NCBI RefSeq assembly: GCF_002571385.2
Contig: NW_019217870.1
Coordinates: 604,661 to 668,660, forward strand
Direction: 5' to 3'
DNA from: Stylophora pistillata
Lineage: Eukaryota
DNA length: 64,000 bases
The notes beneath the pieces were generated by a model. It did not search any database. It was not told the DNA's origin and saw only the letters and a list, made by a program, of their open reading frames with translations. The position numbers were made by a program, and so were the translations under genes. Shown in pieces: positions 1-12,833 of the stretch (positions are counted from its first letter, which is position 1; each line of letters opens with the position of its first letter).

Positions 1-41
1 AATAATTCCGAGAACCCTCTAAAATTTGCCTCCCAACCTAA

Positions 42-186
42 CATAGCTTAGAAGCTCAGTTGGTAGTAGTGCTCAACTAGCATCCAGGAGGCACGGATTC
101 AAATCCTGGATTCTTTTTTTTTTTCAGGCTTTCTTCTGCGATTGCTAAAATTGCAGTTAACCTGGTAAGATCGTTGCTTTATTTGA
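42..186 (+). mobile_element. tRNA-derived SINE (degenerate)
   Basis: Pol III A-box-like AGCTCAGTTGGTAG and B-box-like GGATTCAAATCC, followed by a T-run and non-tRNA body; no clean cloverleaf. Confidence 0.6.
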
Positions 187-521
187 TGGGGATTTAGGAC
201 AAGTTCTTTACTGCAAGGAACTTGGTAAAGTAAAGTGCTTTGTTGTAATGATAAGGCAGCTAGATTATTCAAGTAAACATTTTAGGATCGTGGGGTCCAC
301 GCAGTGTTTGAATATTTACTTAAGAGGTCAGTTAAGGGAAGGTTGATAATATTCTCTGCTCACTTCTGTTTTTAAGTCCTCCCTAAGATACTCAGTCAAT
401 TTTTTCCTCGCTCTGGGTGAGAGCCCACGGAAATTAAAGGGTTTGGGGGAGGGGAGGGTACATTTCTTTTAACAAAGTAGGTCACAAGTTATGGCCAACG
501 CCTCGTCTCCTTCTTGGGTTG

Positions 522-895
522 ATTAGGGACTTTAAGCAAACCACGACGGAGACGGCGACGAGAACGTAGAAAAACAACAGATCTACTTGGTAGAACAATA
601 GCCCAGCACGTGCGTCTTAAAACTTTGTACATTTCTTAGCCGTCCTTTGAAAAACAAAAACGTGAAATCACCAAAATTTGCGTCGTCTGCGAAGCGAAAC
701 CACGGCGGAAAATTATTTTAATTTACAATTGGAACTCAGCGCTACTTTTATGCGTTATGTTGAGTTTGAGGTCTGGTGCTCTACGAGACGGTAAACACAT
801 GCAGCCATATTCGAAATTCTAACTAAAAGTAGAAACTAATTTTTTAATCGACGTCTTCCGTGGCGTTGCAGTCCTGACTGCTTAAAGTCCCTAAT
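522..895. mobile_element. MITE, PIF/Harbinger-like
   Basis: Perfect 17-bp inverted repeat ATTAGGGACTTTAAGCA (522-538) / TGCTTAAAGTCCCTAAT (879-895). TTA/TAA flanks around GGG...CCC termini match Harbinger TWA targets. No ORF. Confidence 0.75.
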
Positions 896-1942
896 GAACA
901 GTTCAAGTGTCACTGGTCAGAAAAGAGTATTTCTTTAGGAACGTGTTTTAAATCTTTAAGAGTTTCCAGCCAATCTTTATAAGGTATCAGTCAATAAGGA
1001 CCTCATTACTCAAACCGCCCTGATTTGAGCAAGTTCTCTAATATGCGAAGGCGGGAGACTTTTAAGTCTTAAAAAGGTTTCCACTTTGCATCTCTCGCAA
1101 GTAGTCTCACAAGAATTCACAGTTTCATCGAGGTTTTCACATGTTAACACGTACGAATTGAAAAGAAACGTAGAAGTTTAATAGGACTGGATAACGGCCA
1201 AGTTATTTCTTCTCGCGATTATTTTTCTTATTTTTCTGATTTAGTCATCCACTTATTTAATATTTTCTTGTTTGGTAAAGTGCGACCATCTTGAACAGAC
1301 AAACGTAGTCACCATTTAAAACTGTTAATTTTTTGTAATACATCCGAAATAAACTGCTTCATACGTGTACACGAACCATGGGTATGAAAATCGTTACGCG
1401 TAAATTTCGTTACAGATTTGAATGAAAACTGAATGTCTTAACATGACAACAAGCTATTCATAGAGCGCACTGGAAAATAAAATTTTATAAATTATTTCGT
1501 TTTCTATGATTAAGGATGTGCAACTTAAAGAAATAAAAAACAAATGCAGAAAACACTATCAATGAACAAAAAAAGTTGTCTTTATGAAGTGGATTAGCGT
1601 TGGTAAAGGAAAACCAGAAAAAGAATACTACCGTCAAAATCTTTTTTTATTTCTATTTCTCCTAAAAATAGCCCACGAGTAAGTTTCAAAATCGCTGAGA
1701 GAGCCATAATGAATCGAAATAGGTTCTGTGTCAATGTGTCACTAGCCTTTATATTTGCAGAGTACACATCTGAACATGAGTATTGCAACAGTCAAACAAT
1801 CAAGATGGTCACTTAAATTTTCTACAGTGGTGAAAACATATTCAACAATCCTGCACAACTTGAACTTTATTTCCACACAGGACAGAGGATAACCGAATCA
1901 TTTGTGAAAGAACAAGAAGAGAAGATATCAGCATTTCAAAAA

Positions 1943-4321
1943 ATGGAAGCTATTGCAGCAGGTTTTTGGGGTTTTCTCGTCTCTTGTAAGTTTTGCAATT
2001 TAATGTATATCATAACATTTATTATCTTTTCGTATCATATTAAATTCGACTTCGCTAATTGTACAAGTTTGATCGATCGTGTACTGTTGATCGAGCTGCG
2101 TGCAAGCGACTTATAATAGAGCGAAAGTTTAGCGATTGTGGCAAGATTTTGCGATAACCCAAAAATTCTTTCAAAAAAAGAAATCGTACAACCCTTTAAA
2201 ACAAAGACTTTTTTGGAGACTGGTATGGGGGTAGTGCCGTGAAAAGAGTCACCATGCTTTGACAAATGACTCACTCATTTAAAATAAATCTTTTGAACCT
2301 CCGACTTCCCGGAACATAGAAAATCTATCATGGCCGCCAAAAAATTCGAGAACCCGTAGTTCAGAGCACTCGTAGTTCGAAGAACCCGGCGAAGGAATAC
2401 TCTCACAATAAAGACAGGAACCCCCCAAAAATTAATTCTACTGATATTTGAACAAGGTCAACTTTTCTACTGGGAAATTATTGTTTGAACTCCTCAATGA
2501 ATCGTATCTGTAACCGCAGTTCAAAATATATGAACTTCATATATTCACCGTATCTCCTCAATTAATGTTGTATTTTTATTCTTCTAGTGCTGACTGCCAT
2601 GGCTTTTGTGTCTTTGGCATCCATCCCTCTCCAGATAGCGATGATAGTTATTGGTGAGTTCACACTGAATATGATTTACGATGACATTTTTTAGCTGCTC
2701 TCCTTTGAAACTAAACTTTTATAAATTTTAGGAGAGTCGTTTATTAGATTTCGTAATATCAAACTGCTATGACTCTCTTCTGAGAGACTCATCATATGCA
2801 TTTGTTGGTAATTTTTTTAAACAATCCTCGAAAACTCCTGGGGCAAAGATCAACTCATTCAAATAACCATTGCAGCGTGACAGTGTTGTATAAGATTAGC
2901 GTGACAAACGATCATGATTCACCAAATATGGAGATATCGATAAGCCAAAAATAGCTTCCGGTTCGACGAAAATAAATAACAAGGGATGGAAGAGAAAATG
3001 CTTGTGGAGATATTTCTCTCTCCTTTCCTCGTTTTTCTTTTTTTTCTTTTTGGATGCTGTTGCTGTTGCATAGTTAAAATCTAGTCTGGTAACGAGGAGG
3101 AGCTTAAACGAAAAAAAATGTCTGTACATCGGCCTGGTGCGCCACCTAAGTGTGGGCTCCTCAATCACATTGAACTAATTTTCAAGTTAGAGCCCATCTA
3201 AAGATGCGCTACAAAGTTCATCTTTTGTTTGACATTCTCAAAATCTATAGATTATAGGACAAGACTCCAATCGTTGAAAATTCTATCCATCACGTATTGG
3301 CCCGAATTTATGGACGTGATATTCTTCTACAATGCTACGCAGAGCCTTGTCTCTTTGAATGCTTTTGTACTACCTGTAAAGCGTGTTGCAAGAGCCACGC
3401 GCTACACTAACACTGTCATCAAATTTGTTCCTAAAAAATGCAAAGCTACCACTTATCGAAAGTCTTTTTTCATCAGAACTTGTCGGATTTGGTACACCCT
3501 AGCCAGTATCATTAACACTGAAATCCAAACTCAAAACTCATTTAGACCGTAATGTTTCACTACTATTTGGCCAGTTTACTTATCTTTTACGATCCGAATA
3601 ATCCTTAAACCTATTAAGTCTAATTGTTTAAAATGTGGCACTGTCCGTCCACTAAATTCTGAGATTACTTGCTGCATGTAGATTGATAGTTTCTTTCCTC
3701 CTCTTTTCCCGTCTTATTTTTACTATTTTCTGAGCCCGTTATAATTGGCTACGCTGTTGCAGTGTCCCTGCCATTTTCTGTTGCTTTTGACATTTTTTTA
3801 TCTATTTATTTCGATTGTTATTGTTTGGGGAAGTTAATAAATAAATAAATGTCGGGGTAAGATGACAAACAACATTTTAATCGTTATTTTTCTAAGTTTT
3901 TTCTTATAATTACTTTTCACTTTTCATATTTTTAGGAGCAAAATACAAAGACGATTGCCCAGTTGAAGAAATGATCCCTATTTACCTCATAGTAGCGGGA
4001 GCTGCTAGCCTATTCGCCAATTGTTGTACCTGCGGTGTGAAATACAACCAGCAAGAGAATGATGGGCAGACTGTAAACCCACTGCAGGCTTTGGTGCAAT
4101 TTTTTCTTTTCGCTTGGTTCATTTGTGGGAATGTATGGATTTACACAAACTATGAGCCGAATTACACGGACCCATCAAGTCTGGGCTACTGCCATAAGAC
4201 ACTTTATCTATTTGCATTCTGGGCCACAAATTCTGCCTACATTCTTCACGGATTCGTATTAGTCTGTTTCTGTTGCCTTGGGACTTGCACGGCCGCTGCA
4301 GGCGTCGCTCAAGTAGTATAG
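1943..4321 (+). CDS. TMEM272: TMEM272-like four-pass membrane protein, 3 exons, 156 aa
   Basis: Exons 1943-1961, 2588-2653, 3936-4321 join in frame with GT-AG ends. Motifs IAMIVIGAKYKDDCP..IPIYLIVAG, FLFAWFICGNVWIY and YCHKTLYLFAFW are typical of the TMEM272 family. Exon 1 is the least certain. Confidence 0.8.
3085..3850 (+). mobile_element. 5'-truncated LINE (CR1/L2-group) 3' end in intron
   Basis: Decayed RT C-terminal peptide (..RATKFIL..DYRTRLQSLKILSITYW..SFFIRTCRIW), then a 3' UTR and (TAAA)n tail at ~3836-3850. Confidence 0.7.
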
Positions 4322-5125
4322 ATGTGTAAAGATCTGAAAGGAGATTACTTTCATGCCGATGCTAATAATAAACAAAAAACGATGAACACGAAATATTCAG
4401 TTTTCGTTGTTAAAATGAAGGATTGAAAGGAAAGAATGATTTGCCTCACTGAGTCAAATAAGTTGCGACACTGTGATGGGTAATTAGTATAGAATTTATT
4501 TATTCTAAGGCAATTGTTGCTTGCTTTGAGGTCATTAAATTTTCACCCTATTCACACCAGCAAACCGTGATAAATTAAACCAGAGTTGACTAAATCAGAA
4601 AAAGAGAACCGAAAACTCAATATTTACCTCAATTGGCAGTAATGTCGCTATCTGATTGGCCAATTTGCTGTTGTCGATTAGAGTACAGACAATGCTGCTC
4701 ACGTCAACGTGTCAAATATTAAAAAATTGTTTTATTTTTGACGCAGATACCGCGGTAAAAAACAAATTCATGGTGGTTTAGCGTGGTCCGGGCTTATCGA
4801 AAACGATATTTGTCATCACAGCCGTCATAGTTTGTAAATTTGTTGTGGACTTGTTGCACACCACTTTAATCACGCGAAATAACTAACACAACAAACAGTT
4901 ACGTTCTTCTCGACTGTCGTTTTCACCGCCTTGTTTTTCCCGAACGATCCTTTCCTTTTTTTTTAATCCCATAATAATCACCTGCGCTAGTCCCAGTTAC
5001 TCTCGTCCTGCTTGCTACAGACTCACTCGAATGCGTCTCGTGAGTCCACATCATTTTGATCACTGTGATGACAAATATCGTTGTCGCTAAGAGTACAGAC
5101 CACGCTAAACTACCGTCAAATTTTT

Positions 5126-5227
5126 TAATTTCTTTGGGTTTCAAGTGGTCACCAACTTTTAATTTCAATGTGCATTAATAATTTCCTTGGGTTTCAAGTA
5201 GTCACCAACTTGTAATTTCAATGTGCT
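5126..5227. repeat. Tandem duplication, ~54-bp period, 2 copies
   Basis: TAATTTC(T/C)TTGGGTTTCAAGT(G/A)GTCACCAACTT(T/G)TAATTTCAATGTGC occurs twice. Confidence 0.85.
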
Positions 5228-8200
5228 TAATTTGAAGTCGATAAACATCGGTTTAAACAGCATCAATGGAGAAAAATAATTTTAAACTAGTTTTAAAAAA
5301 CAGCTTTAAAACGTGTTTCAACTTTGGCGAGTGTGGATGGGATGTAAGACGACTCGAAACGAATAGGAAATCACTTTTGTGCGAAAACTGAGCAGTTCAT
5401 CGAAAAAAGGGGTGTTGACAAGAATTTTAAAAAGTCTCCAAAAAAGTTTTCTCAAAAGTCTCCTAAAGAGATACCATTTTGCATGACGTATGAAAACCTT
5501 GGTAGAGAACGTAGTAAGCATGGCTCAGTTTTCCTCGCCATTTGGGAATTACATCAGAGTGACCATTGACGGTAATCGTTTAATTTCTCTCCTTCTGGTT
5601 TTCTCAGTGATTATATTTTATTGGACCATCAAATCACATCGAAAACAGAGGGGGAGAAACCCCTTGCAAAAAGTTTCAGAGGGGTAGATTTTATGGCCGT
5701 AACTTGAAAAGGAACTGTTGACCAGTGAAATTTATGTAATTAAGTTGCCTCATAGTTGTCCTGTATGGTTCACGAAACCGTGACAAAAGTGGGCATTTTT
5801 ACAAATGTCCTGGTGGTTATGAACATAGCACTACAACTTCCTTTGTTATACCTAATCATCAGCATCAGTGCCATTTTTTGTTTTCACTGGTTCGGAAGTG
5901 TACGTAAATAGATTTCATATGTCGGTTCTGTGAATCACCTCATTTCTGTCTAAATCAGGTACCATTTGGACGGTTTAACTTGAGTTGCACCTCCAGTCAT
6001 AACTCAAAGAACTCGCAATGCAAGGAACGTTGCAAGGGCGAGAAATACCTTCCGCTGACCACACGTGCTAAGGCTCGTCAACGTCGCTATAGCCTACCTT
6101 TAAGCGCAAGGCCTTTCTGGTAATATGTCATTAGAACTGGGGAACGGAAAATAAACGAGTGGCAATCCCTAGTTTCCCATTTAGCGCTTTCACTTATCAC
6201 AAAATATTTGAAGTACCGAACCATACTACGGACATACATTTTATCTTCACATAAGGCAAGAAAGCAAAATCTTTGACTGTGGCGGCTGAATAAGACAACA
6301 ATAAAGGTGGCAAACAAAACATTAAATACCTTTTTCGAACTTTTGATCTTCCTTTGTCGCTTGGTCACTATTAACCACCTCAAGCACAATTCCGTCACTG
6401 CACTTTGTTCAATTATCAATTTAAGGGTTCTTGACAAGTTGGTGTAAGCTTCAATGAACCAAAATAATCTTTTCATCTTTGTAGGCCGACATCAAGGAGG
6501 GGGGGAGGGAGGGGAGAAGTGTGTTAAGCAAAATGACTAAAATAAAAATTAAAAAAGGAAAAAGGAAATATGATAAGTGGGGGAGGGGGGGGTATGTAAT
6601 CCGTGTACTACAATCATAATATGCAGAAGCTGGTAGTCTGTGGCCTTCAAAACAGTGTACAAAATTAGCCTCTAAGAGGAAAGAAAATAGAAGCAAAGCG
6701 TCCAGCAGAAAAAAAAAGCTTGAAAGCAATAACAACAAAATCTCAAAAAACGAAACGGTAACGGATGTACATATCCATATGCAAGGTAAACAACAATAAT
6801 ATTTACACACCAGGACACACCGCGCGGGTAGGTTGGAGACCACCACGGCGATTCTAGTGTCACAAGATACTTCTCTATTCTATTAAAAATTCCAAAAGTA
6901 TCGTGCACTAGTGCTAACCTTTTCAAAACCCTCGTTACATGCAAACTAGCTCAAGTCCTCAAAATCCTATCTCGACAAAAGTATACGAAAAAAAAAGTGA
7001 AAGCTCACATACAAACACACCTAACGGTTGGTCATGTTGTAATGGGAACCCACTGTTTCCTGTCGGCATTTGCGGCTGTTTGTTTTGTTTTTCTTTTTTT
7101 GATTACTTGCCGCCCCTTATAGTACAAAGTTAATACAGGTGATGTTTAGAAACTTGATAGGGGTCGGTAACGGAGACTTAATTTTGCATTCAGACAAGTA
7201 ATGTTTCAAAACAAAACGAGGTACTTGCTTCCGACCACAAAAGGTTTTATGTCAGGTTTTTTTTTAAATTTACTATCTGGTTGTCATCCCTAAAACACTT
7301 TAAACTTTCTCTCGAACGTTCGTCCTTGCCATGGCAATTGACTTAAACTCAAGCCGATATTTAAAGGCTTTAGAAAAGATATATTGCTCATTTAAATTTT
7401 GTTGACACACCATGGGATTCTCAACAAACTTTACTGACAAGAGGAAGGCAGCTTATTAGACCCGTCTAATGAGCCCAGTTCAGGAATTTTACTTCATTAA
7501 AACCAGATATCGTCTGTTATCATTACTCTCTATCTGGATGACAACGAATTGATGTAATTATAATCAGAAATAGACCTTGAAACTTCTGGAATACCCGTTT
7601 AAATTTGGAAATAAACGCACTCTGACGGAAATTGTTTCAAAAGTTTCGAACACGTTCCATTAAAGTTGAGTTTTTGAATCTTAACAATAAAAATATTTTG
7701 TGCAATATGCACGAAAGAGTTTCCGAAATGTACATTTTCCATGAGAAGAAAATAGAGTCCACGAGGACGGGGGAGGTGCTCCGTAAAACTGGAAAGTAGA
7801 TAAAGAGTCTGAAGGGACTGAGGCAGAGCACTAACAAAAACAAAAGATTGAGAAAAGAGAGAAACAGGTTGAAAAAGTCGATAAATAAATTACTTGTGAT
7901 TACTCACCAAACATGGTATGATCGTGTGATCCACAGAGGGTTTGTTTACACGTGCCTCGGCAAGAAGGTTACATGCGGCACACACGTGATCACGTCTGGA
8001 TTATGACTAACGTTTCAAAGCGATATTTTCTTGTCTACCGTATTTATTCATCACGCTATCATGGCTCTCTTAATCGCCTGATCGTTATTGGATTCCGCAA
8101 TTTATCTGCGTGTTGAACGAGTCCATTTATTTCAATGAGAACATTCCACAACGAAAACGTAAGCGACAATACCAGTACATTTACTATCACTGTGACTGTG

Positions 8201-8522
8201 ATTTCATTACAATATCAAGGACAAAAAACCTCAGTCAAGGACAACAAAATTGTTTGAAGCTTCGACTTGAGAAATGACCGCATTAACATCCCGGTTTTTT
8301 TAAACCCTCTGAGTTTCCGTCTGTGTGTCTTCAGTTTGCACAAGGAAACCAATATTGTGTCAAAGGTCGTAAGATCAAGCAATTTCGGAATACATATACC
8401 AAACTCCGGACGTTAGCGTGGGTTTTAGGTACCACATTTAGTGCGTAGGCGCTTCTCTTCCATGCGAGGGAAGGACAACAGTACACTGATCGAAGATAGT
8501 TCTTTTCATTTACTTGCACAAA

Positions 8523-11500
8523 ATGCAACAACCGAAGGGAGTGCAGGAACAGCCAAGGTACGAAATGATCCACTTCCGTGGAAATCGGCCCTCTTCCGGA
8601 AATGGTGGAAGTAAAACAACTGGACAGACCAACACCATGAAACAAAAGTCTCTAAAACCTGAAGAAGGAGAGGTCGACATTGAGAAAACTAACGAGCTTC
8701 CTCCTTTAGACCTGAATCGTAATGAGGGAGTTTATGAAGTCATTGCGAACAACGCTGAGGGACCCACGGTTGACATGAAGACAAAGTCTGGTGAGGACCA
8801 CCGAGATGCAATCTACGACGCACTGAACATTGTCGCTCAAACAACAGGACAACAAATGAATTCATGCCGTCGCATGATGTGTTTCACGACTGCACTGCTG
8901 TTGATTATTCTCCTCACGGCTGCAGCTGGCCTGACTTTGACTTTGATGATGCTTATTTCAGGGAACACCTTAAGTTGGAATCAAACGCCTACTTTGCCAC
9001 CAGGTAAGTGCCATTTCCTCTGTTATTGCAAACTGTTTAGTAGCATTAATTTTGTTCTGCCAAACGAAATTTAGCTTCACTTTCATGTGCGTAGAAATTA
9101 ATCGAATTAGAATTCCCTAGAGCAAGACCGGAATATGTAAAAGCTTTCAGCAGGAAGGATCACTGAGATGAAAGGTCAAGTGTACATGCAAAGTATTTGA
9201 AAAAAAAATCATCATGCGAGACACGAAGACATGATTCCCTGAATTTCAATCACCAGCCTTGCAGTAAATCATTCGCAGATGTAATCCGGCCGGCGAATTG
9301 CTAACTGAAGTTTATACATTTCTTCATTTTTTTCACCCTCTTTCAAGTTCATATGCTGACCGTAGAAATAGAAAATAAAGCAAAAAACAAAAAAATAATA
9401 ATAATAAAAAAAAACCTGGAGGGAGCTGATAAAGGCAGGAAACAGGAAATACTATTTTATCTACACTCGAAGAAGGATCCTCTTCCAAATTTGACGTCGA
9501 CCTTCTAACATGAGTGTTCTTCCCAACACCAGTCGTTTGTGGCACCTCCCGCTTTAAATTCTATGTATGATACATCTACAAGTAATGTACAGACGTAGCT
9601 CCGATCTAAAATGACTTTTTTCTACGAGAGTCAAATGGATAACCCTAACTAATCCAATGGTTGAAATTTGATCTATTCATCAACAGCATAGAGACATCTC
9701 AAAGCCATCCTGTTTTCTTATAGTAATAATACAGAGAAACAATTTGCTCCCACAAAATTAATGCACTGTATTATACAGAACAGAGCCGATAATATTCACG
9801 TAATTCCACTAAACGTATTTACTCAACCTCTGATAAAGCTTCCACTTTCAATAAGCAGCGCCCACCCTGTTGGTAGGAAAAGTTAATAAGTGCCCAGTCT
9901 TGAATAACTTTCGCAGTCCCCTCGTTCTTCTAAAAAATACAAGAATTTACTAATCAGTTGTGTTCCATGCTTTTTACAGCATAACTGTAAGCTTTCCCTG
10001 CCTCTTTATCCAGGTTTTACTCATCGTTCACTCGTCGGATCTTGTTTGAAGAAGCAGTTACGTGCTTTTTGTCAGTTTTGCTTGCTAGAACCGAACTTTT
10101 CTGGCAGTTTTGATCATCAGTAAACCGTCAACTTAAAATGAAAACTATAATGAGATGATTTATGTTTATGATAATGAATTACCCCTCACGAAAAAATGAA
10201 CTTGTTAGCTACATCCGAATTTGCACCTGTAAAAGGAAAATTTTAAGACGGTGTTGCTTGGAAAGTCCTATGGAAGGGAATTGGCAACTCTGAGAAAACA
10301 CCACGCACTTGGAAGAAAAAGAAAATCTCCAGGATAAGTACTCATGAAATCTCCAGGATAAGTACTCATGAAATCTCCAGGATAAGTACTCAAGAAATCG
10401 ACAGGACTGACTCAAACATTCACGGATGTCAAAGAATAAGCAAGGTCCAATTTACTATGCCGGCTCAATTCTTTAGTTCGCACACTGAACAACCCTGTGC
10501 TCAGCGATGAAACCGTTTGTAAATTGGAAGCTGCAAGGATTTCGAAGTTCTCTTAACAAATAGAAGGTAAATCATTTTAGGGCAGATTTGTACTACAATT
10601 TTAAGCTAGCGTTCCAATTTAGAACATGATCATGAGAAACATGTCTAATGATACGCCTTCAGACATTTACACAGTTAATATAACAAAATAATAATAATCA
10701 TGATAATTATCTTAATAATAATAACAATAGAAGTACTTCAGTCAAAAGATGCAAGGTTCAATCCTCCATCTGATGAATAATCGTCCTCCAACACGATTTA
10801 GAAGATAAATCTTAAAAGGGTGACAGGTTCATTCCAAGTTAAATCATTAGTACAAAAGCTCATTACGCTGATTCCCTGATTGCACTGCGCTTAAAGTAAT
10901 TCGCCTAAAAATCACGTAATCAGGTGAATAAGCGCGCTCCCAACAGAGAACACGGCATTGTTTTTCAATTAATGGACCAGGTAAAGAGGTACCATGGTCT
11001 TTAGCTCTTGAACGAGTAAGGTCACCTATATTTTTTCATGCCTGATTTTGGTGCAAAAATGTTTCCATTTGGAATGGAGAAATTTAAAAAAACAGTCTTC
11101 GAAGTGGAAATAAAAAGATATAGTTTAAAGTGTGCATAATGCCCGTCACTCGAGAATGTAAAATACGACCTTGAACTGAAAGCAACGTCCTGAGAAACGT
11201 TGTGAGTCAATGTCGATTAAAATTAAGTGATTTTCCATCAAATTATATATCAAATTGTGCCCCACGCTCGAGACTCTTTACCTACCAAGTTTTATTCAAC
11301 TGTTACCTCCCGGTTCTTTAAAAACCCTTGCTTCCAGCCACCGCAAAATGTACCGCGAACCGATGAAATGATGCGCGTGATAATTGCCAGTACAAGCATA
11401 TCTCAAACAAGCACGGTGACCTATCTTTTTACTGTAATTTACGAAACAGACATCGGTAGGGAAAATTTAAGGAAAGTTTAAAAAAGAGTTGTTCGATAAC

Positions 11501-12833
11501 TTTTTCTTCTGAGGAATCACCTTAAACATGACTATGGTGAAGATGACTGCTACTGTTCACAACAGAGTTAATCAGAACTACTGATTCGACATTGACAAGT
11601 TTTGAAGACAAAACCAACAATAATCAATCACTCTTCGCATACTTTTCCAGAGGTCATCAAAGACTGAAATCTAATAGATTTAAAATATTCCGGATTCATC
11701 TTGCATCTGAATTGATTGTCGTGAAAAGTATATTTCGCCAATCTTCTCCTAGATTAAGGAATTAGTACAAGTTGTTGTGTTTGTAACAAAATACTGCTCC
11801 TATTTTCAGAGGCTGTTGGAAGTGGAAGGGACGGCGGTGGCAAAGAAATGGAAGTCAAGATTTCAAAACTGGAGGAAGCCTTAAATCTTACTCGCTCTCA
11901 GGTTCAAAAGCTCATGATCGAGTTACAGACACAAAAGAAAGCGATGGAGAACCTAACAGTACAGGTGAACACAATTCTGTAACCAATGCCTTACATGGAC
12001 ATAACTGAAACTTGACAATTTATCCTTTTTTCTTTCCTCAGGAGCAATGCTGCAGCCGCTGCATTGGACCACCAGGTCCTCCAGGCTCACGCGGCAGAAT
12101 GGGACCTCCTGGCTCTCCAGGGTCCCCGGGATCCATTGGCCCTAAGGGTCCCATTGGTACTCCAGGACCAACGGGTCCTCGGGGTCTCAACGGTTCTCAA
12201 GGCTTACCAGGGCCCCGTGGGATTCCAGGAGAAATGGGCCCGCGCGGAATTAATGCATCACAAGGATTAGCTGGCCCGCCAGGACCACCTGGAAAGAACG
12301 CAGCTTGGAATGTAAGCCTTTGTCAGTACAAGAACAAGAAGGAAGTCACACAGACAGCCGGGAAATCCGCTGATTCAAAAGTCATTCTGCGAGAAGATGA
12401 ACACCCGGTAGGTTCACGGCACCTTCTACTTACCATCTACTCGTGAAATCGAGGTGATTAGTGCTAAAATGATGGTGAATCAAAAGAATAATTGTTTTAA
12501 TGTGTACACAGGAAGTGATGTCAATAATTTTTTTAAATGGATACCAGTTAATATATCTTTGTGAATACTTGTAGGGTGATTAGCATTAGTACAAGGCTAA
12601 TTCAGGTGTCCTTGCTGACGAAAAGTAACGTTATTTGTTCTAAGGGAATGAAGATTATGGCGGCTACCTGTTCAACGATCAATGCTGGAGAGTACGTCTT
12701 TGGTGATGCAAAAACTGACCCCACAACAGGAACTATCGTGTACAGATGTCACTGTAAGGGAAAATCAACTCTGTTTTTAGGTGCGGATATGAAGTGTGTT
12801 ATTCACTACTGGATCTGTCCAATCGGAAATTAA
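8523..12833 (+). CDS. Type II transmembrane collagen-domain protein, paralog A (cytoplasmic Tyr motifs - TM - coiled coil - Gly-X-Y - Cys-rich C-terminus), 396 aa
   Basis: Exons 8523-9003, 11810-11964, 12042-12407, 12645-12833 splice in frame with GT-AG. No signal peptide; hydrophobic [27 protein letters not shown]; heptad [33 protein letters not shown]; 26 collagen triplets (one Gly->Ala); 6-Cys C-terminal domain. Confidence 0.8.
10323..10397. repeat. Minisatellite, 24-bp unit x3
   Basis: AAATCTCCAGGATAAGTACTCATG repeated head-to-tail in intron 1 of paralog A. Confidence 0.9.

Noticed and set aside
42-111. tRNA gene
   Set aside because: A/B boxes only; no intact acceptor or anticodon stems, and it continues into a SINE body. 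Same for ~22150, ~23670 and ~44780.
10323-10397. CRISPR-like array
   Set aside because: Repeats are contiguous with no spacers; eukaryotic intron; no cas genes.
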